Shown: positions 29,482 to 42,959 of the stretch, piece after piece
Numbering within the stretch: the first letter of the stretch is position 1
Layout: each line of letters starts with the position of its first letter
Assembly: GCA_964016885.1 (NCBI GenBank)
Contig: OZ024746.1
Span: 84,196,001 to 84,260,000, forward strand
Reading direction: 5' to 3'
Length of the DNA stretch: 64,000 nucleotides
From: Eledone cirrhosa
Lineage: Eukaryota
The notes under the pieces: model-generated
Database searches by the model: none
What the model saw: the letters and a program-made list of their open reading frames with translations, nothing else
Told to the model about the DNA's origin: nothing
Made by a program: the position numbers and the translations under genes

Positions 29482-29898
29482 AATGGTTTCTGATTCAGAC
29501 ACATGGCCAACAATTTTTGGGGAGAGGAAAGTTGATTAAATCAACATCAGTGCGTTACTGGTACTTTATTTTATCAACCCCATAACCTATTCATTGCGAA
29601 TATAATAATTGTTTCTATTTTAGACACAAGGCCAGTAATTACCCAGTATATTACTGGTACTTTATTTTATCGACCCCGTAAGAATGAAAGGCAAAGTTAA
29701 CGAATATAATAATTGTTTCTACATTTGGCACAAGGCCAGTAATTGTCCCAGTGCATTACTGGTACTTTTATTTTATCGACCCCGTAAGGATGAAAGGCAA
29801 AGTCAACCTCGGCGGGATTTGAACTCAGATCGTAAAGGGACGTAACTATACTGGAAAGCATGGCGTCCGACGCTATACCGATACTGCCAATCCACCAC
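29482..29898 (-). mobile_element. Cluster of three Deu/Nin-core SINEs
   Basis: cgaatataat(aat) repeated at about 29475, 29597, 29701 and 29905. Confidence 0.88.
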
Positions 29899-30384
29899 GA
29901 ATAACGAATATAATAATGGCATGGAAGCAGAAGAGTTGGCATTTTTGCTACAAGGTTAGCTCTTGCAGGAAGATTGTTGACGAAGTCAGCTGAACTGATA
30001 AGCGGTAGTGTATTGGTGTTATTTTTAGAGTTATACTGATGTTTACTGTTTTTTGCTATTGGTATTTGTTGTTGTAACTGTTGACCGAAGGTGGTCGTTA
30101 TCCTTTTCTTTAGGGCGGCGTGAATGCTGTGTTTGAATCCTCGTGTACCATAATACTTTTATAATATTTTCAAAGACAAGCTCCGGTTTGCAGGGAAACC
30201 ACTCCTTCACATGTTCAAAATCAATGACTTTGGGAAGAGGGAACATGTGCGGAAGCCTGTGGAAGGTCTATATCTTTTCTTTGGTGGTAGACTTAATCAG
30301 TCAGCAATATGGCATACGTGCTTCCAATCCTAGCATGCAAAGAAACTTCTCTCGTGTAATGTGTGTGTGTGCGTGAGTGTGTGT

Positions 30385-30426
<42 letters not shown>

Positions 30427-30829
30427 GGGGGGGGGCATGTGTATGTGCGCACATGTGTGTATATATATATAGACGTGTATGTGTGTATATATTAGTGTGC
30501 GTCTGTGAATGGCACCTGACTCCTCCTCTTACCTTGTTCATGCTGTGTAATTGAAGTAGAAATAACACTTCTGTTATTTTTTTTTTATTACGAAATGATA
30601 AAAGAAACCACACACAGAGACACACACACAAACACACACAAATAGACACACATACGCGCACACACAAATACACAAACATACATACATGCATACATACATA
30701 CATGCATACATACACATGTGCGCTCATAAAAATAAGATACACGTGCGTACACATGGACACCAATAACTTTGCTGGCAAATACACAGGCACTCGCACGGAT
30801 ATACATGGGCATGCGTATAAATACAATCG

Positions 30830-30860
<31 letters not shown>

Positions 30861-31264
30861 GTGCGTACGTACATAAGTACATAAAAAAGTCGATGTTGAA
30901 AAGAACGTACGTACATAAGAACTCAATGTCAAAAAAAGAATGGGTTGACCTTATTTGGCATTCCTTGCAAAACGGTCGTTATTTATCGACTATCGTCTCT
31001 TGAGAAAATGTCTGTCTGCGTATCTACGTGCATTCATTTAAGTCATTATTAATGTCTATAATGCGGTTGAATATTAGATAAGGTAGATCACTGGATAGGC
31101 TGCGAATTGGCAGAGTCGTTAGAACGTCTGATAGAATACGTTTCGGCTCTCTATTCTCTGAATTCAAATCCTACTAAGGTCAACTATGCCTTTCATCCAT
31201 TCGAAGTCAATAAAAAAGTACCAGTCAAATATTGGGGGTTGATTCTTCTTCTATATCTCTTTCA

Positions 31265-31413
31265 TACTTCCATTCTCTCACTCTCTATCCTTCTCTGGAA
31301 GAAATCTGCTGTATTCAGACCTGGAGAGAAAATGGACTTCGCAAGTTTTAAAATGAAAAAATGCCCTAGAAACGCCGTATGTCAATATGGCGTCCCTGCG
31401 ACTCCCTCAAGTG

Positions 31414-31418
<5 letters not shown>
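31265..31418 (+). repeat. Short interspersed repeat, second copy at 42055-42178
   Basis: Shared tctctggaagaaatctgctg ... agaaacgccgtatgtcaatatgg. Confidence 0.75.
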
Positions 31419-31466
<48 letters not shown>

Positions 31467-31636
31467 GCTGGATAATATATCTTGCACATTGTGTCCTCCC
31501 TACAACCACTGGGGTTGACTTGTTTTTTTTTGTTTTTCATGATTGTTTTGCAAAATAAGTCCTGGTCAAAGAATGCGGTCGATGCAGTCAGCTCGCCTTC
31601 TTCAGATGATTTGTGGAATTGTATCAGTTAGACATC

Positions 31637-32237
31637 GGATTGGCAGTATCGGTAGAGGGTCGGACGCCATGCTTTGAAGCATAGAGTTACCTCCCTTTAT
31701 GATCTGAGTTCAAATCCCGCCGAGGTTAACTTTGCCTTTCATCCTTACAGGATCGATAAAATAAAGTACCAGTAATACACTGGGATAATTGCTGGCCTTG
31801 TGCCAAAAGTAGAAACAATATGTGTAACTGGCTGAATTAATAACGCGACGGATTAAATGTGTTGTCGTATTTAATGAAATCTTTTTTGTGTTCTTTGCCT
31901 TTCTACATTCTTAGATCGATAAAACAAATATCGATAAGATATTGTGTTTAAGTTATTCAACCTTCCAAAAAATATTTCCGACGTATGTTGATGTTAGAAA
32001 TTAGTGTTGTTATTATTATTGTGGATTAATGGTAGTATCGGTAGAGCGTCGGACAACATGCTTTGCAGCATAGAGTTACGGCCCTTTACATTCTGGTTTC
32101 ACATCCCGCCGATGTTAAGCCTTGACTTTCATCCTTACAGGGTTGATAAAATAAAGTACCGGTAATGTACTGGGGTCAATTCAGTCGAATTTCTCATTCC
32201 TCCAAAATTGCTGGCCTTGGGCCTAAATCAGAAACTA
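31637..32237 (+). mobile_element. Two Deu/Nin-core SINEs (31637-31820; 32021-32237)
   Basis: Consensus matches. Confidence 0.88.
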
Positions 32238-32409
32238 TGTAGTAGTAGTAATAGTAGTAATAGTGGTGGTGGTGGTGGTGGTAGTAATAGTAGTAGTAGT
32301 GGTAGTAATAGTGGTGGTGGTGGTGGTGGTGGTAGTAGTAGTAGTAGTAATAGTGGTGGTGGTGGTGGTAGTAATAGTAGTAGTAGTGGTAGTAATAGTG
32401 GTGGTGGTG

Positions 32410-32445
<36 letters not shown>

Positions 32446-32619
32446 ATAGTGGTGGTGGTGGTGGTGGTAGTAGCAGTAGTAGTAGTAGTAGTAGTAATAG
32501 TGGTAGTAGTAATAGTGGTGGTGGTGGTGGTGGTAGTAATAGTAGTAGTAGTGGTAGTAATAGTGGTGGTGGTGGTGATGGTGGTAGTAGTAGTAGTAGT
32601 AGTAGTAATAGTGGTGGTG

Positions 32620-32679
<60 letters not shown>

Positions 32680-32724
32680 ATAGTGGTAGTAGTAATAGTG
32701 GTGGTGGTGGTGGTGGTGGTGTTG

Positions 32725-32769
<45 letters not shown>

Positions 32770-32770
32770 T
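32238..32770. repeat. Compound (AGT/GGT/AAT)n satellite growing from a SINE tail
   Basis: Begins immediately after the SINE end agaaacta. Confidence 0.93.
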
Positions 32771-33147
32771 AGCGTTCAGTGGTTACGGAATTTAAGCTGA
32801 GACATCTTTTAGTTCAAAACTAAAAGATAGGCCAGATGGATACATTCCAATTAATGGTTAGCCATCTGTATTTACTTAGAGTTTGGGGAAGAAATAAACA
32901 CGTGTGATAGACGGGGGGGATACAATGCAACTGGAGAAGGAGAAGGAGGAGAGAGTAGGATGAGAGAGGGAAAATGAAACTGTAAAGTGGAGCAAAATAT
33001 GATGCGAAAAAATGTTGGACGGGAGAAGAGATGTAAACAGCTTGAGATTTAACAGAGACAGAAGATATCGATACCCAATGTCAGAGATGAGCAAAACATG
33101 AAATGGTGTAGTGGGAAGGGTAGTGGGATTAAACAGAGAAAAGTAAG

Positions 33148-33580
33148 GGATATAGAGAGGGATAGAGAGATAGAGAGATAGAGAGATAGAGGGGGATAGA
33201 GAGATAGAGAGATAGAGGGGGATAGAGAGATAGAGAGATAGAGAGGGATAGAGAGATAGAGGGCGATAGAGAGATAGAGGGGGATAGAGAGATAGAGAGA
33301 TAGAGGGGGATAGAGAGATAGAGAGATAGAGAGGGATAGAGTGATAGAGAGATAGAGAGATAGAGAGATAGAGAGATAGAGAGGGATAGAGCGATAGAGA
33401 GATAGAGATAGATTGAGCGATAGAGAGGGATAGAGCGATAGAGAGATAGAGAGAGGTAGAGCGATAGAGAGGGACAGAGAGGGATAGAGAGATAGAGCGA
33501 TAGAGAGGGATAGAGCGATAGAGAGATAGAGAGGGGCAGAGCGATAGAGAGGGACAGAGAGGGATAGAGAGATAGAGATA
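33148..33580. repeat. (GATAGAGA)n-type purine-rich satellite
   Basis: Direct inspection. Confidence 0.95.
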
Positions 33581-33913
33581 AAGGTATTGTAAAAAAAAAA
33601 AAAAAAAAAGCTATGGAAAAGACAAAAGAAAAATCCACGCACATGCACATATATTTGTATTAACAGTCCTCCATATTTCTGCATTTCCTCCATTACCATA
33701 TTATGTGGGCCTAATTTTGTCGGCCTCCTCGTGATAGGCCATGGAAACTGATCTCTGCTTACGATCAAGAAAGCGACAACAACCTGAGACTGTATACTTA
33801 TCCATGCATTTTCTACAAGTCTTTTTATGCATCCTCGATGATCACAGCTTGATACCTACCCAGAATATGTGCCCCCTTCAGAGCAGGCATCATGCGATGC
33901 CCTGATGAATGGC

Positions 33914-34200
33914 ATCACCGTGCTGCAACTGCAAGTCGAAGGCCTTACCAAAGCCAAGCTGAACATAACATCATTGATAACATAACAACTTTCTATTGAT
34001 AAATATGCTCACAGCAATTGTCCTTCATGAAACGCATACTTCTGATAGTTCTCGACTAAAGATCTCTGGCTTCACCTTTGCTACACACACACTGCAATTT
34101 CAGGCAGATTCTCTGTCTTTGACACACCCTGGATTTATGCTGGCAATTTCAACATCACCTGGGACTACAAGATCACCAATCAACTTATCACGTGGTGCTG
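33914..34200 (+). pseudogene. LINE apurinic-like endonuclease relic
   Basis: ITVLQLQVEGLTKAK, VLHETH and IYAGNFN motifs in shifting frames (APE N-terminus, QET and GDFN motifs). Confidence 0.7.
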
Positions 34201-34404
34201 CACTAGAAGTCTAGTCCTCGACAGCTGAACATGCTAAAATCGTTGAATTCTTTCCCGAAAATTCCTTGACAAGCACGTAGTGGTTGTTAATAAAATTACC
34301 AGCAGCGGTTCTCCGATCTATTTAGCAAGACATAATACACTCATGCATACACACTAAGACAGACACACGTATGCGTTATGTATACTTATATATATATATA
34401 TATA

Positions 34405-34606
34405 TCCAAAATTAAGATAAATTAAATGAATTTAATCTAAATCAAAATTATGGGTGTCATGCCAGAAAGACTATAAGGTATCTATTTTTGAAGTTCTGGT
34501 CAACTTTATTTAGTTACCTACCTAGCTATGTGTGGTTACACACTTGTAACAATTATCTCCTGTGATTATTCATGTTTATTTATATGTTAATCAATTTCTA
34601 GTTATT
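34405..34606. repeat. (TA)n-flanked interspersed repeat; inverted homolog at 38479-38737
   Basis: attatgggtgtcat and attatctcctgtgatt match the reverse complement of the second copy. Confidence 0.8.
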
Positions 34607-34811
34607 ATATATATATATATATTTAAAAGTTAGTCAATAATATACATTACATCTCAATGAATAGCATCGCTTAAAACTTAATTCAGAGAAGCTTATAAAT
34701 ACAAATAGAGAACTATCTCAAATAAGGATGAGACGTTTATAAGGTTTCTTTATTTTAAAGTACTTTACTGCGATCTTCCCTTCGGCCAATTCTGAGCCTT
34801 ATTTGAGATAG

Positions 34812-34856
<45 letters not shown>

Positions 34857-34862
<6 letters not shown>

Positions 34863-34961
34863 GTGTCACCAAAAAATGTATACGCACTTCTACAGCATTC
34901 TAATAAATATTGCCTGTACAGGTAATCAAAGTGTGTATATATTTTGGAGGAGGACACTGTA
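34857..34961. mobile_element. Tc1/mariner-type MITE
   Basis: tacagagtgtcaccaaaaaatgtatac ... ggacactgta in a TA tract. Confidence 0.8.
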
Positions 34962-34999
34962 TACACATATATACTTGTGTGTGTAAAGAGAGAGAGAGA

Positions 35000-35042
<43 letters not shown>

Positions 35043-35070
35043 CGAGAGAGAGAGAGAAAGAAAGAGAAAG

Positions 35071-35128
<58 letters not shown>

Positions 35129-35144
35129 TAAGCAAATATACATA

Positions 35145-35195
<51 letters not shown>

Positions 35196-35250
35196 TTGCA
35201 TATGTTTGTGTGTGTGTGTATGCATGTATGTATGGTATGTATGTATGCAT

Positions 35251-35958
35251 GTCGGGTCACTCTTGAGTGCTACTGGTAACATGTAACCCAGTACAACCTG
35301 TCGCATGGTCAGGTCGTCGGCGACTAAACCGGAGAGGAGGGTGATTTGGGACACCCTGCAGGACAAAAAACAAAACTTGACAAAGGACGGAAGAACTTGA
35401 CAAAAGTCCAAAAGTGTGTAAATATGTATATACACATGTACCGCGTGGTTAAACCACTGGGAGTGAAGAACCCCTAGCCTTTGTCAGGGAATTCTTCTAG
35501 GAGAAGGCAACTCAGGAAACTGGGATAACTCGATATAAAACCTGCGGCTCAGTAGTTACCGATGATGTTGATCTTTTCCTCTTTTCGGGTTATAGCTACT
35601 GTCACTCAGAGAGTGGGATTGGCTCAATACACAGTCTTTCCTCACTTTAAAAAATATCTTCACGCACAGGCATTGCACGATAGAATTAATTAATAATTAT
35701 TAATAATTGTTTCTACTTTAGGCACAAGGCCAGCAATTATCCAGTACATTACTGGTACTTTATTTTATCGACCCCGTAAGGATGAAAGGCAAAGTTAACC
35801 TCGGCGGGATTTGAACTCAGACTGTAAAGGGACGTAACTATGCTAGAAAGCATGGCGTCTAACCCTCTACCGATACTGCCAATTCACCGCTCGAATAATT
35901 ATTAATAATGGTATATCTTGCAGTGGCCATACTCGATAACGAGGGGGCAGCCATCAAC
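35251..35958 (+). mobile_element. Non-autonomous retroposon with RTE-like 5' UTR and nested SINE (35705-35890 minus)
   Basis: ctaggagaaggcaactc..aaac motif reminiscent of RTE 5' UTRs; homolog at 5202-5570; SINE TSD aataattattaataat. Confidence 0.7.
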
Positions 35959-36329
35959 ATATATGTATGTATGTACATGACCAATAAATCCCCGAATATA
36001 TGTTAATCCTTCCTGTAAAACTAAATCTTGAAACTGAATAGGTTTTATTCAGCTATCTAGACATGACCACCAGCTGGATTTATTTTCTAAAACCTAAATC
36101 CCATTTAAACCGACACCGACGCTATAAGAATTCGCCTTCCCCCCTTTCTATATTCGTCCTGACTAAATTGCCAGTGTGCAAATCCTCATTGATTGGCCAA
36201 ACCAATGTATAAGTATTATCCTCTGTATTATCATAGCATTTTAGTTCATTAACTTAATAAGCTCGGATTAAAGTCGAAAGTTGTATATGCATGAAGACAA
36301 AAAACACAACAACGATAATTAAAAAAAGA

Positions 36330-36369
<40 letters not shown>

Positions 36370-36373
<4 letters not shown>

Positions 36374-36549
36374 GAGAAAGTATGACCCCGACGGCAGAGC
36401 TCAAGCCATTTCGACGGCTATTTCTGGACTAAATAGTCCAGAAATAGCCGTCGGGGTCATACTTTCTCCTATTACCCACTCTACTACCCTAAGTATTGAG
36501 TACTCTGGTGCGTTATGGTCCATCTGGTTCCTTACCACAACTCCTTCGT

Positions 36550-36550
<1 letters not shown>
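36370..36550 (+). mobile_element. Family B hairpin module plus tail
   Basis: ggagaaagtatgaccccgacggc ... gccgtcggggtcatactttctcc, then tail attacccactctactacc...gagtac. Confidence 0.78.
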
Positions 36551-36574
<24 letters not shown>

Positions 36575-36580
<6 letters not shown>

Positions 36581-36899
36581 GTGAGGTTTTTTTACAAAAA
36601 GAAAAAGAACCGAGGTGTCCTACACACGAGTGAAAGTATAAAGAAAAAAAGATGAAATCGAAATTGCAACTGGAGTCTTATTTTTAAAAAAATATATATA
36701 TATTTATTTGATTCCTTTACCGGTTTCGCAGTTCTTCTGCTTTTCAAAAGTAGAGTTGAGATGGAGAAAAACCACAGACCCTCCATCTCAACTCTACTTT
36801 TGAAAAGCAGAAGAACTGCGAAACCGGTAAAGGAACCAAATAAATATATATATATTTTTTAAAATAAGACTCCAGTTGCATTTTCGATTTCACCTTTTT

Positions 36900-36903
<4 letters not shown>
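36575..36903. mobile_element. Inverted-repeat module with two variant hammerheads
   Basis: About 120-bp arms 36645-36766/36781-36900; reversed tail on the left; single-arm homolog at 41583-41713. Confidence 0.8.
36795..36834 (+). ncRNA. Minimal hammerhead candidate with U3-A8 core (mirror copy 36713-36752 minus)
   Basis: tactt TTGAAAA gcag-aagaa-ctgc GAAAC CG GTA aagga. Confidence 0.6.
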
Positions 36904-36965
<62 letters not shown>

Positions 36966-37569
36966 CAATAACAGAGATAGTTTAAAGCTAAACTCTGACT
37001 GGTAACCATCTCACTCAACAAACATTAGGTTATATTTAAATATAAACCCAATTTAAGTGTTTGGGGTGCTAACAATATGTATAATGTGGAAAAAACCAGT
37101 TGTATTATTTTATGAGATATAATTAAAGTTAAAGTATATCTCTCTTTCCAAACAATTGTTTCATTATAAGTTTTCTACAAGTTGGGAGAATATTTCCAGT
37201 TTGTGTAGAAGCCTAATATATATTCATGTAATAATATATTTAGGTGGGCGTTTATAAATCATCAGTGGAAGCCCATTAAACTTTGATATAAGAAAGAAAA
37301 TATTCTTACCGCAGTTATTGTTTTATATATGTTTATATATATATATATATATATTGTTTTGTATATATACATATTGTTTTGTATATATATATTGTTTTTG
37401 TATTATTGTTTTGTATATATATATACACAAAACAATAACAGAACAACAACAACAACAACAACAAAACATTATTTCAGCTAGAAAAATCTCGAAAATCTTT
37501 GCAATCTCCAAGATAAGATAATAATTTACTCGATTATCGTTGGCCCCGCTGTTAAGTGTTTTCTGGTCT

Positions 37570-37807
37570 TTGTTGTAATTGTTGTCATTGCTGTTACTGT
37601 TTATGTTGTTGCTATTGTTGTTGTTGTTGTTGCTGCTGCTTCTGCTTCTGCTTCTGCTGCTTCTGTTGGTGCTGCTGTTGCTGCTGCAGGTGTTGTTGTT
37701 GTTGTTGCTGCTGCTTCTGCTGCTGTTGCTGCTGCAGGTGTTGTTGTTGCTGCTGCTGCTTCTGCTGCTTCTGTTGGTGCTGCTGTTGCTGCTGCAGGTG
37801 TTGTTGT

Positions 37808-37838
<31 letters not shown>

Positions 37839-37867
37839 TCTGTTGGTGCTGCTGTTGCTGCTGCAGG

Positions 37868-37898
<31 letters not shown>

Positions 37899-38085
37899 GC
37901 TGCTTCTGTTGGTGCTGCTGTTGCTGCTGCAGGTGTTGCTGTTGTAGTTAGCGGAGGGTGGGTGGTACTGTTGTTGCTGCTGCTTCTGCTGGTGCTGCTG
38001 CTGCTGTTGTTGTTGTTGTTGATGCTGCTGCAGCTGCTGCAGGTGTTGCTGTTGTAGTTAGCGGAGGATGGGTGGTACTGTTGAT
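37570..38085. repeat. (GCT/GTT) trinucleotide minisatellite with about 55-60 bp higher-order unit
   Basis: Repeated ctgcttctgttggtgctgctgttgctgctgcaggtg. Confidence 0.92.
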
Positions 38086-38733
38086 TTTACCTTACAGGTA
38101 CTGAGGTAATATATATATATCACGACTATCGTGAGGTTAGATCTGAGTTATTGCTAAACACTAGTCAGTTGTGGGGGTTCCATTATGAAGAAAGAAAATG
38201 TGTAACAGCAATTAATCCAATCTTTTGCCAAATCTATACATCACCACGCGCGCGCGCACACACATACACGCACGCACACACGCACACATATATATATATA
38301 CACACATTGAGAAATAAGCCAAACACTGCAAGGAATTCATACTTTTCTATAAAATTATATGTAGCCCTGTGTACGTAAAAAATCCCCTATTTTTTAGCTG
38401 TATAACTTCTTCACCTATAATTATTTGCTTTCGTATTTGAAACCATATTACTTTATACTATATATATATATATATATATAACTAGGAATTGATCAACATA
38501 TATATAAATAAATATAAACATGAAAAATCACAGGAGATAATTTTTACAAGCGTGTAACCACGCATGGCTAGTAGGTAACAAATAAATAAAGTTAACTAGA
38601 ACTTCAAAAATATATACTTTTAATGATTAATCAGTACTTACAAAGTCCTAGAGCTTATTTTCCGGGCGATATGGTGCATTCCGTTAAGGAATGACACCCA
38701 TAATTTCGATTCTGATTGAATTCTTTTAATTTT

Positions 38734-38797
<64 letters not shown>

Positions 38798-38800
<3 letters not shown>

Positions 38801-39068
38801 GAAGTGTTTCCGTAGGAAAGGTAAAGGAAAAGACAGTGCTCTGTGTAGGCTACAGAGCTTTTTAGTTATGTAATAAATAACATAAGATAGTAATTTCATT
38901 TACCAAAGGTTTCATGAAGACAAGCGAGCCTGACACAGACGTCTGACTTCAATCGTTAGAATGAAATTTTATTTAAAATGAATAAAATTTCATTCTGACG
39001 ATTGAAGTCTGTGCCAGGCTCGTCAATGTTCGTGAAACCTATGGTAAATGAAATTACTATCTTATGTT

Positions 39069-39073
<5 letters not shown>
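38798..39073. mobile_element. (TA)n-embedded inverted-repeat module with hammerheads
   Basis: Arms about 38875-38973/38981-39073; reversed tail on the left resembles 20830-20878. Confidence 0.78.
38986..39055 (+). ncRNA. Type I hammerhead ribozyme candidate
   Basis: 9-bp stem I aatttcatt/aatgaaatt; CTGACGA; stem II base tgaa/ttcg; GAAA; stem III ACC-tat-GGT; GUA triplet. Confidence 0.75.
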
Positions 39074-39166
<93 letters not shown>

Positions 39167-39202
39167 TTATGTATGTATGTATGTATTTATGTATGTATAT
39201 AT

Positions 39203-39380
39203 AACAAAGAGGGTGTGGTAAAATACCAGGTGGACCATAACGCACCAGAGTACTCAATACTTAAGGTAGTAGAGTGGGTAATAGGAAAAGAGTCAGGACC
39301 CCGACGGCTGAGCTCCGGCCGTTGGATATCTAGCTGTCGAAACGGCCGGTGCTCAGCCGTCGGGGTCCTGACTCTTTTCA
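39203..39380 (-). mobile_element. Family B hairpin module plus tail, reverse orientation
   Basis: Reverse-complement homolog of 19215-19412. Confidence 0.8.
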
Positions 39381-40040
39381 TATATATATATTGTGTATGT
39401 AAGAATGATATACAGTACACTCACATACATACATACACTCACATACATATATACATACATACACTCACATACATATATACATACATACACTCACATACAT
39501 ATATACATACATACATACATGCATGCATACATTCACATGTAGATATTCATTCACACGTACATATACGCACACACATTTTAAATAGTGACGTAAACAGGAC
39601 TGCATGCCTCAACTAAAAACCTTAAACTTAGAAAAGGTAACCGACGAAACTGCTATATATTAAAAGGTCCCGAATTTCACTTTAAAAAACTTCGTATCTT
39701 CAAAATTATAAGTAAATTTTCACGTTTCGCAAATAATTTAATATATCACATGTAATTGAGTGAAGGCGCGTGGCTTAGTAGTTGGATTCGCAATCGTGAG
39801 GTTGCGAGTTCAATTCTTGGACCAAATGATGCGTTGTGTCCTTGAGAAAGACACTTTTTACGTTGCTCCTTCTGTTGCTTACACTATTTTATGCTGCTCC
39901 TTCTGCCAGGAGTTACGACCGGTAGGTAGTATCAGCAATGGAAAGACCAATGGAAACATTCTTTCCTTGGTCCGATTTGACGAGGTCCACCCCACTCTGC
40001 ACGCAAATGAGGTCTGGGATCTTGTCGATCGATCAGAACG

Positions 40041-40130
40041 ACATGTAAAGGTTGCCATGGACACTCTATTGGTCAAACAGAATTGAAACCCCGACAAAGG
40101 ACAGCTCAACACCGTCACCAAATTAGGATA
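40041..40130 (+). pseudogene. Penelope-like GIY-YIG endonuclease fragment
   Basis: TCKGCHGHSIGQTELKPRQRTAQHRHQIR matches CxxC-xxx-YIGQT...R...H. Confidence 0.7.
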
Positions 40131-41118
40131 CTTTACATATGAAAAAGTTGCGGATTCATTGTGGAATCTTGCCAAATTTTGCCGTTTTCCCATTTATCAA
40201 TGCAGAGACTTGTCAACAGCCACGAACCAATAAAGATACATAGACAAGGAAAGGAATACTCAATCCATGTAGTAGAGAAATAGAAGTTGTTTATTTGGAA
40301 AGGCTGGTGATTCGTTCTGTCGCCACGTTTGATCATTTAGGCTACAACGTCATTTGAATAATTCTTCTCAGCAACTTTCACAAGCTCTTTAACAGGAACA
40401 ACATTGTTAAGATTAGCTATAGTTGCTTGCCTGCAGCCTGCTTGCAATTGCTGAATTAAGCAGAATGGACCACTAAAAGTATCCAATCTCGCTAAGACGG
40501 TCGTGTGAGTAATATGTATATATATATATATGGGGGGGGGGGGCTGTGTGTGTGTGTGTGTAAACAGCGAGAGAGGGAGAGTATAACAACACGCATTAAT
40601 GATATTGAGAAGAGTCACGCGGAACGTTCAGAAGATACCTTTAAAATCTGATACCATCAGCATTTACATTCATTTTGTTTCACAGAGAAAACTACTTCCA
40701 CAACTCTATTACAAATAGTCAGGAATTTTATAGGACAATGGAATTGAATATTTCTTCCTTACTTAAAATATCGAAGATACAGCCCCTCCGTATTTTGATA
40801 CAACAACCAAGATCATTGAATTTTATCTTTTTCTTGCCACTAATACAAAATCTAATATAAATTCTCAAAGTCCAAACAGTGTACTATATATATTACACTT
40901 TGTCATGCTTGATAGGTATAATAAGTCGCCATGTCACAAAGTTAGAACTAACAAGCTCTAAAGGGCGTGTTCCAACCTCACATCTGTCAGCTATTGATGA
41001 ATAAAAATCAATATAAATGATAGGCCACATCAACTTCCACTTTCCTTCTTGTTGTTTAACTACGTAACGAGAATCTCAGAGAAGCGACCGAGTTAATGTT
41101 CATATTTTATATATATAT

Positions 41119-41811
<693 letters not shown>

Positions 41812-42176
41812 ATGTATATAATTAGTTACAGCATTAACTCATTCAGCCTGTCATAAAAATAGAAATTAAAACATCTTTAATTATATGGCAGGTTGAATGA
41901 GTTGTTGCACATAACCTAACTAAACTTTAGTACCTGAACATGTCACTGTTGTAACTAATTAAACTTAACTCGTCCTATGGACTGAGTGCTCTACCAAATG
42001 TGTACAACAGTATATATATATATATATGTGTGTGTGTATATATATGTATATATTTCTCTCTCACTTTCTATCTTTCTCTGGAAGAAATCTGCTGGAGAAG
42101 GGTGGGCTCCGCCAGGCTTTAAAATGTTCAAGAAACGCCGTATGTCAATATGGTTCCCCTACAACTCTGTGAAGAG

Positions 42177-42249
<73 letters not shown>

Positions 42250-42354
42250 ACACGTATATATATATTTATTGGCACTATCTCGAAAGTATTTTAACTTTGG
42301 CACTCAATAAGATATAGCATCATATATATTGCAAGTTTTAATTTAATATAGATA

Positions 42355-42481
<127 letters not shown>

Positions 42482-42959
42482 ATGTTGAAGAGAGAGAGAA
42501 AGGAGACGTATTTATACACACATATGTATAGCGTCGTAGCGTAGGTGGTAGGTAAGCTGTCGGTAAATCGGTTCTACGACCCATGATTAATCACGTTTCA
42601 TTTACTTTTTAAGGTCAAGAAATTGATCTATTAATTGCATTAGTATAGGGGATAAATGACTATTGTGAGCGCGTGAGAGAGAGCGAGGGTATATACGTAG
42701 GTGTGATTGTATTTATCAGTTCACGAGATCAGGTTCTGAAAAGGTGGGAAGATTCATAATCAATTTGAACACCTAGCAGCTTTGGTACTTTAAGAGACTT
42801 AACACTTCCAGAGAAGAGATATAATACGGTGCTACTATAGCAAGCAATTTGTCGGATCAGTTACATTATAACGTGTTATTTACATGGACATTTTTACTAT
42901 AACATGCAGCATACATCGGATATTTTTACTGCAAGATAATGATAATAATAAATGCAATA

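Noticed and set aside
30043-30260. Minus-strand ORF MFPLPKVIDFEHVKEWFPCKPELVFENIIK
   Set aside because: No recognisable family and weak splice context
32208-32795. Gly/Ser-rich ORF with apparent N-terminal leader
   Set aside because: The leader is the SINE 3' end and the body is a trinucleotide satellite
35281-35345. Twister ribozyme (taa...ggaggg)
   Set aside because: Lacks the conserved L4 loop and P2 pairing; an HDV-like fold fits better
37556-37951. Cys-rich metallothionein/keratin-like ORF
   Set aside because: (TGC/TGT) repeat translation without gene context
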